Source of the DNA: Candidatus Calditenuaceae archaeon HR02
GTDB lineage: Archaea; Thermoproteota; Nitrososphaeria_A; Caldarchaeales; Calditenuaceae
DNA length: 64,000 nucleotides
Reading direction: 5' to 3'
NCBI GenBank assembly: GCA_002898395.1
Contig: BEHE01000001.1
Coordinates: 32,001-96,000 of the forward strand
Shown here: one piece after another, positions 36,945-46,774 of the stretch
How the letters are laid out: each line of letters starts with the position of its first letter
Position numbering within the stretch: position 1 is the first letter of the stretch
Notes under the pieces: generated by a model
Told to the model about the DNA's origin: nothing
The model's database searches: none
What the model saw: the letters and a program-made list of their open reading frames with translations, nothing else
Translations under genes and position numbers: made by a program

Positions 36945-38513
36945 GTGGGCATGGCGATGCTAAAGTCTAGCCAGCTCGGCAAGCCCGGTCTGAGGCTTAG
37001 CAGCTTCTTCGATGACATATACCACCTCAATGAAGAGGGTGTGCCCGTTTTTAAGCTGTTTATAAACGGGGAGTGGGTGGAGAGTAAGACTGGAGAGACA
37101 TTCCCAGTAGATACCCCCATTGACGATAGTGTTGTGGCGTATGCTCAGAAGGGCGGTGACCTCGACGTAGATGCTGCTGTTAACGCTTCTCGCGATGCTA
37201 GGCCGAAGATACGGTCCATTGCGGCGATTGATAGAATAGAGATTTTCCACGACGCGGCTAAGATAATCGAGGAGCGGTTAGAAGACTTTGTTAACGTCCT
37301 CATGCTTGAGGCGGGCAAGCCCCGTGCAGATGCGGTCGGCGAGATAACAGCAGTTATTGAGCGGATGAAGATGACAATGGAGGATGTCTCTAAGGTTGGC
37401 GGCGAGTATAGGCCCGGCGACTGGTCAGCCGACACGATGGGCAAGGTCGCAATAGTCCTCCGCGAACCTGTAGGGACAGTAGGAGCCATAGGCCCCTTCA
37501 ACTACCCTCTATACATACCGGCAGCTAAGATCATACCAGCCCTCCTCTCAGGTAATACAGTAGTGGTCAAACCGGCCAGTGACACGCCTTTAAGCCAGCT
37601 CCTACTTGCCAAGGCTCTCGAGGAGGCTGGCGTTCCAAAAGGAGCACTCAACGTCGTTACGGGTCCAGGGCGAGTAGGCGCCAGGATAGCGGCGCACGAG
37701 GATGTCGGCATGGTATCCTTCACTGGGAGCACAGAAGTGGGAAGAGAGATCGCTAGGATTGCGGCAAACAAGCGGCTCCACCTTGAGCTAGGCGGAAAAG
37801 CGTATGCAATTGTTCTGGATGACGCGGATATTAGCTTGGCGGCTAACAGGTGTGTGGCCGGCTCTCTAAGGAATGCTGGGCAGAGGTGCGACGCCGTAAG
37901 TGCAATACTAGTGGTCCAATCGGTGGCTGATGAGTTCGTGGAGAAGGTGTTAGCCGAAGTCGATAAGATAAAGTATGGAGACCCGCGGGTTGAGGGTGTG
38001 AATATGGGTCCGCTCATAAACAGAGCAGCAGCCGAGAGGGTCAACGCACTCGTGAAAGACGCGGTGGCTAAGGGTGCAAAACTGCTCAGAGGAGGGAGTT
38101 ACAGGGGTTGCTATCATGAGCCGACTGTGCTTGACAGGGTCCCGCTGGATGCTAGGATATTGTGGGAGGAGACATTTGGTCCAGTAGTGACAATAGTCAG
38201 GGTCGTTGACGAGAACGAGGCAATAGCGATAGCCTCTAGGAGTAGATACGGCCTAGACAGCTGTGTATTCACGAATAACTTCTACAGGATGTGGAGGGTT
38301 GCGAAGTCACTCCAGGTGGGTGCTGTGACGATAAACGATTTTCCACGGCACGGAGTCGGCTACTTCCCATTCGGAGGCGTTAAGGACTCAGGGTTGGGAA
38401 GAGAGGGTATAGGATACTCGATCGAGGAGATGATGGTTCTCAAAACTATCGTATTCAATCTAGAGCCAGCCCAGCTCGGTAAAGTAAGGAGACCAAAGGA
38501 AAAGCATCACTAA
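36945..38513 (+). CDS. gapN: Non-phosphorylating glyceraldehyde-3-phosphate dehydrogenase (ALDH family)
   Basis: REPVG, PFNYP, FTGST, LELGGK, AGQRC, EETFGP and archaeal GAPN-type PRHGVGYFPFGG. Confidence 0.85.
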   Translation: MGMAMLKSSQLGKPGLRLSSFFDDIYHLNEEGVPVFKLFINGEWVESKTGETFPVDTPIDDSVVAYAQKGGDLDVDAAVNASRDARPKIRSIAAIDRIEIFHDAAKIIEERLEDFVNVLMLEAGKPRADAVGEITAVIERMKMTMEDVSKVGGEYRPGDWSADTMGKVAIVLREPVGTVGAIGPFNYPLYIPAAKIIPALLSGNTVVVKPASDTPLSQLLLAKALEEAGVPKGALNVVTGPGRVGARIAAHEDVGMVSFTGSTEVGREIARIAANKRLHLELGGKAYAIVLDDADISLAANRCVAGSLRNAGQRCDAVSAILVVQSVADEFVEKVLAEVDKIKYGDPRVEGVNMGPLINRAAAERVNALVKDAVAKGAKLLRGGSYRGCYHEPTVLDRVPLDARILWEETFGPVVTIVRVVDENEAIAIASRSRYGLDSCVFTNNFYRMWRVAKSLQVGAVTINDFPRHGVGYFPFGGVKDSGLGREGIGYSIEEMMVLKTIVFNLEPAQLGKVRRPKEKHH

Positions 38514-39043
38514 ACACTGTCCATGAAGATACTCATAAGTAGTGCGGCTATACTTTTCAAGTCTCTAATACTCCCATTTCGGATAGCGTCCAAGACCTGT
38601 TCACGGGTTAGTCTGACGACTTTGATGTTTTCATCCACATCATGTCTCTGTAAGCCGACTGTAGGTGCCCGCCCTACAAATATGTATAGCTTCTCGTTTG
38701 AGTAGCCCGGCGATGTGTAGGTCTCTGCGATAAGCCTTAGACCGTCTGCCTTGAGTCCTGTCTCCTCTTCAAGCTCTCTCTCAGCGCACCTCGCAGGTTC
38801 CTCACCCTCCTCCAATGTACCCGCGGGTATCTCAAGAGTCTCCTCGCCCACGCCTATCCTGTATTGAGAAACTAAGAGGAATCTACCCTCAGAATCAGTC
38901 GCCACTATCGCGACAGACCCTGGATGCTCGACGACCTCTCTCACAACCTCCCTCCCAACATACTTCGCCCTGACAAGCCTAACCGAAACTAGCCTACCAC
39001 TATAGACTAGCCTGCTAGAGATTATCTCGGGCAGACGATTCAA
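38510..39043 (-). CDS. NUDIX hydrolase (ADP-ribose pyrophosphatase-like)
   Basis: EIPAGTLEEGEEPARCAERELEEETG and SPG. Confidence 0.92.
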   Translation of the reverse strand: MNRLPEIISSRLVYSGRLVSVRLVRAKYVGREVVREVVEHPGSVAIVATDSEGRFLLVSQYRIGVGEETLEIPAGTLEEGEEPARCAERELEEETGLKADGLRLIAETYTSPGYSNEKLYIFVGRAPTVGLQRHDVDENIKVVRLTREQVLDAIRNGSIRDLKSIAALLMSIFMDSV

Positions 39044-39106
39044 CGCTGTGTCACTGATTACTCACACAGAGATGTTTTTATAAATTAGCTGGAACTTGCT
39101 AATCCT

Positions 39107-40336
39107 GTGAAGATCTTAATCGTCCTCTTGGACGGCGTTGGTGACAGGCCTTCACCCAACTTGAACGGCCTGACACCTCTTCAGGCTGCACGTATACCAT
39201 TCCTGAACAGCTTAGCACGCAACGGGATAAACGGGATAATGGACCCAGTCTCGCCAGGAATTCCTGTTGGAAGCGATACGGGACACTTATCCATCCTCGG
39301 CTATGACCCGTACAAGTATTATCCTGGAAGGGGGCCCTTCGAGGCGCTTGGAGCTGGAATCAAGCTTAAGCCTGGCGACGTCGCCTTTAGATGCAATTTC
39401 GCCACAGTCAGTGATGATGGAAGGGTTGTGGATAGGAGGGCGGGCCGTATAAGTAGCCAGGAGGCGGCCCAACTTGTCGAAAGTCTCAAAGAGGTTTCGG
39501 AAGTTGACGGGATAGAGGTTTTACTGAAACACACCGTTGAACACAGGTCGGTCCTTGTGCTCCGGGGGGAAGTCTCCGATAAAATCTCAGACGTAGACCC
39601 GCATAAGGATGGCGCGGAACTGATCTGGCCGAAGCCCCTAAACAGTTCCCGAGAGGCAGAGAGGACTGCAGAGGCCCTGACAAAGCTCCTCAAAAAATAC
39701 AAGCAGATACTCGAGAAAAACCCGGTAAACATTAGGAGGCGTGAGGCCGGCTTACCCATCGCCAACATGCTGCTACCGCGTGGGGCAGGCCGAATGCCAA
39801 ACCTCCCATCTCTCTCCCAGCGATTCGGTGTAAGGGCCGCAGTATTAGCTGGTGGAGCTCTCTATAAAGGAGTGTGCAGCTCTGTGGGCATGGACGTAGT
39901 CGAGGTGCCGGGAGCAACTGGCACGCTAAACACCGACCTTGACGCTAAGTTCAAAACGGCATTCAAAGCCATAAACGAATATGACCTCGTCTTCCTACAC
40001 ATCAAAGGGACGGACACAGCAGCCCACGATAAGGATCCAGTCACAAAGGCTTCATTCATAGAGAAGATCGACACAGCATTTGCGAAAAACTACAGCCCAC
40101 CCCGCGACGAGTTAGTCATCTGCGTCACAGGGGACCATACGACTAGCTCCCTCACAGGCGAGCATAGGGGAGACCCAGTACCGGTGCTGATTTGGGGCCA
40201 TGGGGTGAGAGTGGACGCCGTAAACAGGTTTAACGAGGTTGACTCAGCCAGCGGCGCACTAGGGCGGATAAGGGGCACAGACCTGATGAGTATTTTGATG
40301 GACCTTGCAAACAGGACCGAGAAGTTCGGCGAATAG
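39107..40336 (+). CDS. apgM: 2,3-BPG-independent phosphoglycerate mutase
   Basis: LDGVGDRP, GSDTGHL, GRGPFEA, AFRCNF, HIKGTD and TGDHTT. Confidence 0.94.
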   Translation: MKILIVLLDGVGDRPSPNLNGLTPLQAARIPFLNSLARNGINGIMDPVSPGIPVGSDTGHLSILGYDPYKYYPGRGPFEALGAGIKLKPGDVAFRCNFATVSDDGRVVDRRAGRISSQEAAQLVESLKEVSEVDGIEVLLKHTVEHRSVLVLRGEVSDKISDVDPHKDGAELIWPKPLNSSREAERTAEALTKLLKKYKQILEKNPVNIRRREAGLPIANMLLPRGAGRMPNLPSLSQRFGVRAAVLAGGALYKGVCSSVGMDVVEVPGATGTLNTDLDAKFKTAFKAINEYDLVFLHIKGTDTAAHDKDPVTKASFIEKIDTAFAKNYSPPRDELVICVTGDHTTSSLTGEHRGDPVPVLIWGHGVRVDAVNRFNEVDSASGALGRIRGTDLMSILMDLANRTEKFGE

Positions 40337-40341
40337 TAGGC

Positions 40342-40533
40342 CTACCTTTTTCTCAAGACTCTTCTGCGAAGAAGACCATCAGCCTCCTCCCTATACAAGC
40401 CTTCAAGCCCACATCTTTGTTGGAAATATTCCTCTAAGTCCAGTTTCCCCTCTTGAAACCTCTTTTTGGTGCTGTAAATCCTTTCCGAGAGCTCTTTCAG
40501 ATGGTTCTCGATCCTTAGCGGTGGAAGCCTCAA
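40342..40533 (-). CDS. Small hypothetical protein (63 aa)
   Basis: TTGA overlap with the rps19e stop; fills the gap to apgM. Confidence 0.5.
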   Translation of the reverse strand: MRLPPLRIENHLKELSERIYSTKKRFQEGKLDLEEYFQQRCGLEGLYREEADGLLRRRVLRKR

Positions 40534-40967
40534 GTCTTGCCTGCCTGTCTCTTCAATATGCTCTCGCTGATCTCTTCGAGTAGCTGTCTGCCCTTCTTTG
40601 TTAGGACTCTACCCTTCTTTGACTTCTCCACTAGCCCCGCACCCTCTAGCTGCTGGAGGGCTTTTCTGATGACACTACCACTGCCTGGAGCGAAATGTGG
40701 GTTTCTGTGACCCATCCTATGCCTGCCACCATACATCCTCCTTAGCCTCGAGACCCCAAGCCCCTTATCATGGATGTACAGCTTTCGCAATATCGCCGCG
40801 CACCTCACATACCACCAGTCAGGATCAGATGGAGGCCTGTCCTTAGAGACTCCAGTCTTCACAAATGGGACCCACTTCGGCATGGAAACTATTTTATTCT
40901 CCTTAAGGTAGCGGGCTGTAGTCCTGATGAGCTGTAGCGGCTCAACGAGTCTCACACTCATTTCCAC
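40530..40967 (-). CDS. rps19e: 30S ribosomal protein eS19
   Basis: PKWVPFVKTG, WWYVRCAAILRK and GSGSVIRKALQQLE. Confidence 0.97.
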   Translation of the reverse strand: MEMSVRLVEPLQLIRTTARYLKENKIVSMPKWVPFVKTGVSKDRPPSDPDWWYVRCAAILRKLYIHDKGLGVSRLRRMYGGRHRMGHRNPHFAPGSGSVIRKALQQLEGAGLVEKSKKGRVLTKKGRQLLEEISESILKRQAGKT

Positions 40968-41084
40968 CTATTTCTGACATGTTTTTTATTTAAGCCGTAT
41001 TTAACGCTGCCTCATAGTGGCCTAGGAAGGACCATAGCCCCGAAAATTAGTCCTTATTAAATGCTCTGAAATTTTGACAAACCA

Positions 41085-41729
41085 ATGGATTGGCCTGAGC
41101 TCATTGCTAGTGTTGTCCTCGTTTCAGCCTCAGGGGCACTTGCCCCAGGTCCACTACTTATCGCGACCCTGAGTGAGGGTGTCAAAAGAGGGGCCCGCGT
41201 AGGATTCCTCTCCGCCACCGGACACATGGTTGTGGAACTCCCACTAGTCCTCCTTATAGCCCAGGGCATAGCCTTTCTTCTCACAGGCGAGGTAATAGCT
41301 AGGCTTGCCATAACCGCCGCTGGCGTAGCAGCCCTCACATTCTTCGGCCTCAACCAGCTCCGCGAATCAATCATAGCACAACCCAATCCAACCAACGGTC
41401 TGGATACTAAAACCCCTAAGAATGGCGTCGCGATAGGCATAATATTCACAGGTCTAAACCCATACTTCATCACCTGGTGGCTTACCATCGGTGCTAAACT
41501 GGTATACGACTCCCTAGAGCTCGCCGCATGGATGGGCATCGCCGTGATGTATGCCTCGCACATCTGGATCGACTACGCATGGCTCGTTTTCACAAGTAGT
41601 CTGGCATGGAGGGGGGGCAAAATAATTGGGTCGCGGCTGCTGAGGCTCATAAACATCGTTCTCGGAGCCTTCCTCATAGTTCTTGCACTCCTTATGGCTC
41701 TAGAGTTTGTACTTACCATATTCTCTTAG
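41085..41729 (+). CDS. LysE-family exporter
   Basis: SGALAPGPL, GHMVVE and NPYFITWW. Confidence 0.88.
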   Translation: MDWPELIASVVLVSASGALAPGPLLIATLSEGVKRGARVGFLSATGHMVVELPLVLLIAQGIAFLLTGEVIARLAITAAGVAALTFFGLNQLRESIIAQPNPTNGLDTKTPKNGVAIGIIFTGLNPYFITWWLTIGAKLVYDSLELAAWMGIAVMYASHIWIDYAWLVFTSSLAWRGGKIIGSRLLRLINIVLGAFLIVLALLMALEFVLTIFS

Positions 41730-41801
41730 ATATACAGGGAGAATGTCCTTTCACCGAGGGAACGACCCCAGTATAAATGTGAATTTGCCAAGTCTATCTG
41801 C

Positions 41802-42344
41802 ATGCGCTTCTCGTGGTCAAGGGAGTCAAAGCTATGGTCGAAGATCGAGGAGGTGTCACTCAGCCTCTCGGTCTTAAACAAAAAACTCTCAGCGAGAGTA
41901 GACCAGATGAGTAGAAGAAACAGAGACCTATTCGAAGCGTGTGTCAAGGCCTATCAGGAAGGTGACACGGAGAGGGCCGCAGTCTACGCATCTGAGCTAT
42001 CCCAGCTCCGAAAAACATTCAATAACACCCTGCGGTGCCAGCTCTCCCTAGAGGCGGTGATATATAGGCTTGCCACGGTAAAAGACCTCGGCGACGTGAA
42101 AATGGCCTTACAGCCGATTAAAGGGATCGTGTCTAAGATTGGTGAGGACCTTCAAGGCGCCCTGCCAGAGGTTAGCGGGCGAGTATTACGGGTTCAGGAA
42201 CTAATCGACGACGTTGCACTCGAGATCGGCTCCGCTGACGATATTGGTTATTCAAAGTTTGAGGCCACGGATGACGAGGCAAGGCGTATTTTGGCTGAGG
42301 CCGCTGCCGTAGCTAGTCGAAGAGGGGAGCGGAACATAGCCTGA
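41802..42344 (+). CDS. ESCRT-III (CdvB/Snf7-like) paralog
   Basis: RNRDLFEACVKA...ERAAVYASEL..LRK, LEAVIYRL.T...GD and EARRILAEA. Confidence 0.8.
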   Translation: MRFSWSRESKLWSKIEEVSLSLSVLNKKLSARVDQMSRRNRDLFEACVKAYQEGDTERAAVYASELSQLRKTFNNTLRCQLSLEAVIYRLATVKDLGDVKMALQPIKGIVSKIGEDLQGALPEVSGRVLRVQELIDDVALEIGSADDIGYSKFEATDDEARRILAEAAAVASRRGERNIA

Positions 42345-42383
42345 GCATGCAAAGATTTATTCGGAGGAGGCGCTAATAGGCAT

Positions 42384-42851
42384 GTGGAGATGAAAATAAA
42401 GCGATCGTCAGGGGCAGTAGTGTTCAACGACTCCATCGGCGAGAACTATTATCTCGTGCTGTTATATGGTGGTGGTCACTGGGATTTTCCGAAAGGCGGT
42501 ATAGAGGAAGGAGAGTCGGAGATAGAGACTGCACTAAGGGAGATTAGAGAGGAGACAAGTCTGCAGAATGTTCAGATCATCGAGGGGTTTAAACGGATTA
42601 TAAGCTATACTTACAAAAGTGACGACGACACAGTATATAAGACGGTCACATTTTTTCTGGGGAGGACCAATGAGTTTCGAGTCACTCTCAGTAAGGAGCA
42701 TAAAGCTTATGCCTGGCTAAAATATCCGGATGCACTAACGCAGCTCACTTTTAGGACGGCGAAGCAAGTCTTAATGGATGCCGAGGAATTCCTTAGGAAG
42801 AACCACTTCACCCATGGTGGCGGGAGATCACCCATCCGGAATATGAGTTGA
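42384..42851 (+). CDS. NUDIX hydrolase (Ap4A hydrolase-like)
   Basis: HWDFPKGGIEEGESEIETALREIREET and LSKEH. Confidence 0.9.
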   Translation: MEMKIKRSSGAVVFNDSIGENYYLVLLYGGGHWDFPKGGIEEGESEIETALREIREETSLQNVQIIEGFKRIISYTYKSDDDTVYKTVTFFLGRTNEFRVTLSKEHKAYAWLKYPDALTQLTFRTAKQVLMDAEEFLRKNHFTHGGGRSPIRNMS

Positions 42852-42857
42852 AGAGAT

Positions 42858-44564
42858 ATGAGATTAGCCGCATCACTACTACTTCTAGTGCTCGTTTTAT
42901 CACAGCTAGGTTTAGGACAGGGGCAGGGAGAAAGCCTCACTGTCAGAGTGTTTGACATTTCTGGGAGCCCGCGAGGGGGTGTGGAGCTCAGACTATCAAA
43001 CTCCACGTTTACGAGGATGTTTGAGACAACAGCACAGGGCGTTGCGGAGTTCAGGCTAATTGCGCCAGGAGTATACAATCTATCAGCCCTCGTGGACGGT
43101 ATTGTGGTTGCTCAAACGACTATCTCTTTCCCAGCGCAGACCCGCGTCAATCTCACACTTCATATACAGAATATAGACCTGTTGATCTATGACTTAGATG
43201 GGAGGCCGGCGAGTGGCGTTTCTATTGAGTTAAAATCGGAGAATGGCCCGGTCATACGCCGAGGCTCAACCGATTCTAACGGCAAAGTCTCGATACGTGA
43301 CCTACCCTTCTCAAACCTATCCCAAGTCGGCCCCTACAGGGTTTTAGGTAGGCTGGGGGAAGTTACCGTCCTCAACTCGACCATAAGCGTGACTCCACAG
43401 GTCTCCGAATATAGTCTAACCGCCGAGATCATCAAGGTGGGGATAACTATTCTCGACTACAGAGGCGGAGCCGTGAATGCAACCCTGAAACTAAGCTCCG
43501 AGAGCCTAAACTTCTCCACATCCCTTGCGGCTGGGAAGACGTATAATATACCCTCTTCTAAGGTTGCCGGCCCATACATTATCGAGGCCTCCAAGCGATA
43601 TTCACCACAAGCACCGGAGATACTCCTATTCAAGGAGACGGCTTTGCTTGACAGGAGCCAGAACCTGACATATGTGCTTGACCTCTCAGACATGGTCGTC
43701 GTTGTAAGAGATGATGCAGGGTCGGCGGTTCGGGGCCTCCGGGTCCTCATAGAATCTGAGAAACTCGGCGTGTTGGGTTCGTCAACAACTAGTACTAGCG
43801 GAGAGGCCACATTCTCCGCTATACCCTTTAGCGAGGGGCGACCTGGTGCGGGGGTCTACCGCATAACAGTTTACAAAGACAGTTTCCGGCTCGGTGTAAT
43901 GGATGTAAACCTGGTTCCTGGGTTTGAGATGGTTACCGTAACTGTGAATCGTGTTGAGACCATGCTTTATATACATACTCCGAGAGGCCAACCTCTTCCA
44001 AATGCAACCATAACACTCTTAGACCCCTCAACGAGAAGAATATACACGGCGACCAGTGATTCTGAGGGGAGAGCGGCCTTATACCTGATCCCAGGGGCGC
44101 ATCATTACTCTGTGACCTATATGGGCGTAGAAGTTGCTAGTGGGGATGTGAATGCCACGGTGCCACGGATATTGATACAAGCCACTAAAGTTGATATCGA
44201 GTTTAGGGTACGGGTCAGTGACTGGGCTGGGAATGTATTGAGAGACGCGAAGGTCTCTATAGTTTGGAGGGGCCAAGAGCTCGAAAGCGTGAGGCAGGAT
44301 GATGGTTCTATACAGGCCAGAGTACCCGTAGCGGGCGAGGTACAAGTCAACATTTATCTCGATGACTCTCTTGTAGAGCGGAGGCTTGTCTGGGTAAGCT
44401 CTCCCACGCTGTTTGAGACCAGACTGAGGGGGGTGCTTGTAGGTGGTAGATTGGTCGACATTGAGGCTGTTTCCTCCACCGTAGCTGGCGTTTTCCTGGC
44501 CATCTCCGCAGCATCTATATTCATCCTGTGGAGGCACAGGGCATCTAGGGTTACGGTGCGATAG
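42858..44564 (+). CDS. Cell-surface protein with repeated carboxypeptidase-regulatory/Cna-B-like beta-sandwich domains
   Basis: Signal peptide, repeated V.D..G.P...V.....TD.NG units, many N-x-S/T sequons and a C-terminal TM anchor. Confidence 0.75.
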   Translation: MRLAASLLLLVLVLSQLGLGQGQGESLTVRVFDISGSPRGGVELRLSNSTFTRMFETTAQGVAEFRLIAPGVYNLSALVDGIVVAQTTISFPAQTRVNLTLHIQNIDLLIYDLDGRPASGVSIELKSENGPVIRRGSTDSNGKVSIRDLPFSNLSQVGPYRVLGRLGEVTVLNSTISVTPQVSEYSLTAEIIKVGITILDYRGGAVNATLKLSSESLNFSTSLAAGKTYNIPSSKVAGPYIIEASKRYSPQAPEILLFKETALLDRSQNLTYVLDLSDMVVVVRDDAGSAVRGLRVLIESEKLGVLGSSTTSTSGEATFSAIPFSEGRPGAGVYRITVYKDSFRLGVMDVNLVPGFEMVTVTVNRVETMLYIHTPRGQPLPNATITLLDPSTRRIYTATSDSEGRAALYLIPGAHHYSVTYMGVEVASGDVNATVPRILIQATKVDIEFRVRVSDWAGNVLRDAKVSIVWRGQELESVRQDDGSIQARVPVAGEVQVNIYLDDSLVERRLVWVSSPTLFETRLRGVLVGGRLVDIEAVSSTVAGVFLAISAASIFILWRHRASRVTVR

Positions 44565-44565
44565 G

Positions 44566-45594
44566 CTACCTGTGCCGGACTCGAGGGTCAATGAGCGGTG
44601 CTATGAGGTCTAGTATGAAGACTGACAATGTTATCACGATGCATGAGAGGAGAGCCACAGCCGCAAGCAGGTTATAGTCGAAAGCTGTGATGGCTCTGTA
44701 GATAAGATAGCCCATGCCAGGGTAGGCGAAGAGAATCTCCGTTATAAGTGCTCCACCAAGTATCTGACCCATTTGGAGGGTCAGGAGTGTGATCTGTGTA
44801 AGGCTGATTTCACCCCAGAGATGCCTCCTCCTAATCTCACTCTCCCTCACACCCATCAGCCGGGTGAATTGGACGTGATCTTCAGTTATTTTCACTCGGG
44901 TGGCCGAGTAGGCGCTGAGGAAAAACCAGCCGAGGCTGACAGGTATTATGAGTGATAGTGCCGGCAGGGTGGCGTGGTAAAGTATGTTGAGGACCAATGC
45001 TAAGTTGTGTAGGGGGTCTTCGGTGAGGCGCGGGGGGACTACGCTAACTCCTCCGCCGAGGGGGAAGACCGGAACCAAGTACGCGAAAAGGAAGATCAGT
45101 ACGAGGCCGAATAGGTAGTACGGAATTGGGTACAGCACAGAGGATAGCCCTATCAGGAGCTTGGAGAGGGTTTTCGAGGGAGCAGAGCCTGAGAAAATGC
45201 CCATCAGGGTCCCTGCAAGCCAAGAGATGACTATGCTTAGAGAAAGTAGACCTATTGTCCATGGAAGAGCCCTCAGAATCAGCACAGAGACTGGGGTTGG
45301 GAAGCTAACTAGGGATGGCCCAAAGTCAAAGGTGAAAAGCCTCCTCCACACTTCAAGATAATGTGACCATAAATCTCCCTCAAGACCGTAAAAGCTTAGC
45401 CAAGCACTCCGAAGCCTCTCAGCCTCCTCTGGGTAGCGCACGATGCCTAATTGAAAGGCCTGCTGAAGACGAGCCTCAACCGCGCCTAACGGGGCTAGCC
45501 GCAAGATAATGAAGATGACATTGATGCCTAAGAAGATGTTAAGCCAAGCCGCGAACACCCGGTGACCGACATATTTCCAACTTAACGCGGCCAT
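44566..45594 (-). CDS. ABC transporter permease (OppB/DppB family), second copy
   Basis: FGPSLVSFPTPV, GALITEILFAYPGMG and IDPRVR. Confidence 0.9.
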   Translation of the reverse strand: MAALSWKYVGHRVFAAWLNIFLGINVIFIILRLAPLGAVEARLQQAFQLGIVRYPEEAERLRSAWLSFYGLEGDLWSHYLEVWRRLFTFDFGPSLVSFPTPVSVLILRALPWTIGLLSLSIVISWLAGTLMGIFSGSAPSKTLSKLLIGLSSVLYPIPYYLFGLVLIFLFAYLVPVFPLGGGVSVVPPRLTEDPLHNLALVLNILYHATLPALSLIIPVSLGWFFLSAYSATRVKITEDHVQFTRLMGVRESEIRRRHLWGEISLTQITLLTLQMGQILGGALITEILFAYPGMGYLIYRAITAFDYNLLAAVALLSCIVITLSVFILDLIAPLIDPRVRHR

Positions 45595-45694
45595 GCCCCC
45601 ATGTACTCCGCTATGTTTACATCAAGTGGCGTGGATATATCTCCATTCTCAACTTTTATATTTTACATGAGATTCTTAGTCACTGCGGTGTTTA

Positions 45695-46774
45695 GTGTTG
45701 GAAGAAGTTAGGGTTGGAGTAATAGGTGTTGGTGGGCATGGCAGGGGACGACACCTCATACCTTTAGCCCGGACTCCTGGGGCGAGGGTTGTTGCGGCCT
45801 GTGACACCAACTCCGCGACGCTCGAGAATGTCTGTAGGGAGTTTCGCCTAGTAGGATATACGGATTTTAAGGAGATGATTGATAGAGAGGGGTTAGAGGC
45901 CGTAAGCATAGCCACTCCCTCCGGACTCCATCACAGGATTGCACTAGAGTGTCTCCGGAGAGGAGTCCATGTGTTAGTCGATAAGCCTCTAGGAGCAAAT
46001 CTCCAAGAAGTTGTTGAAGTGGTGAAGGCGGCGAAGCATCATAATAGAGTGCTTATGGTTGGGTTCTGGTCTAGGTTCTCTCCCGCTCTCAGGTATGGGG
46101 TTGAGCTCTACGAGTCGGGCAGTCTAGGCGAGCCCTACTACGCTTACGGATACCTCGTGAGGCGGAGAGGAATACCAGGCAAGCCTACCTTCATCGATAA
46201 GGAGCTCTCAGGGGGGAGAGGAGTGCTCCTAGACATAGGCTGCTACATGCTCGACAACATACTGGCGTTAACAGGTTTCAGAAAACCAGTGGCAGCTAGC
46301 GGCGCGGTCTACACAAAGTTTGGTAAAAATCCCGAAGAAGTAAAGTTTAACTGGGGGTCATGGAACCCCGACGAATTCGAGCTCGAGGACTTCGCCGCGG
46401 GATTCGTGAGGTTTGAGGGGGGTTTAACCCTATGTATAGAGACCGCCTGGGCTGCTAACGTCTCACACAGGGGCGAGGTAGGGAGGCTCAGGGTTCTAGG
46501 CGACAAGGGCGGGATAGAGGCTGAGGGGCATGAAGCCATCCAAGACATAGGGTTCTACTCTAGGACGGCAAACTTCTTGACCGACGTTAAGCCCGCCCTC
46601 CCCAGCATCGACCTCCCCCTCGAGATGACGAAGGCCTTCGTCAGGGCTGTTCAGGAGAAGGCAGAGCCGCCGGTAACAGGGTGGCAGAGCGTTATACTCC
46701 ACGCCATAATAGACGCAATCTACGAGTCATCTAACACGGGAAGGGAAGTAAGAATATCCCTTCCCACAATCTAG
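45695..46774 (+). CDS. Gfo/Idh/MocA oxidoreductase (probable sugar dehydrogenase)
   Basis: VGVIGVGGHG, DKP and GGRGVLLDIGCY. Confidence 0.9.
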   Translation: MLEEVRVGVIGVGGHGRGRHLIPLARTPGARVVAACDTNSATLENVCREFRLVGYTDFKEMIDREGLEAVSIATPSGLHHRIALECLRRGVHVLVDKPLGANLQEVVEVVKAAKHHNRVLMVGFWSRFSPALRYGVELYESGSLGEPYYAYGYLVRRRGIPGKPTFIDKELSGGRGVLLDIGCYMLDNILALTGFRKPVAASGAVYTKFGKNPEEVKFNWGSWNPDEFELEDFAAGFVRFEGGLTLCIETAWAANVSHRGEVGRLRVLGDKGGIEAEGHEAIQDIGFYSRTANFLTDVKPALPSIDLPLEMTKAFVRAVQEKAEPPVTGWQSVILHAIIDAIYESSNTGREVRISLPTI

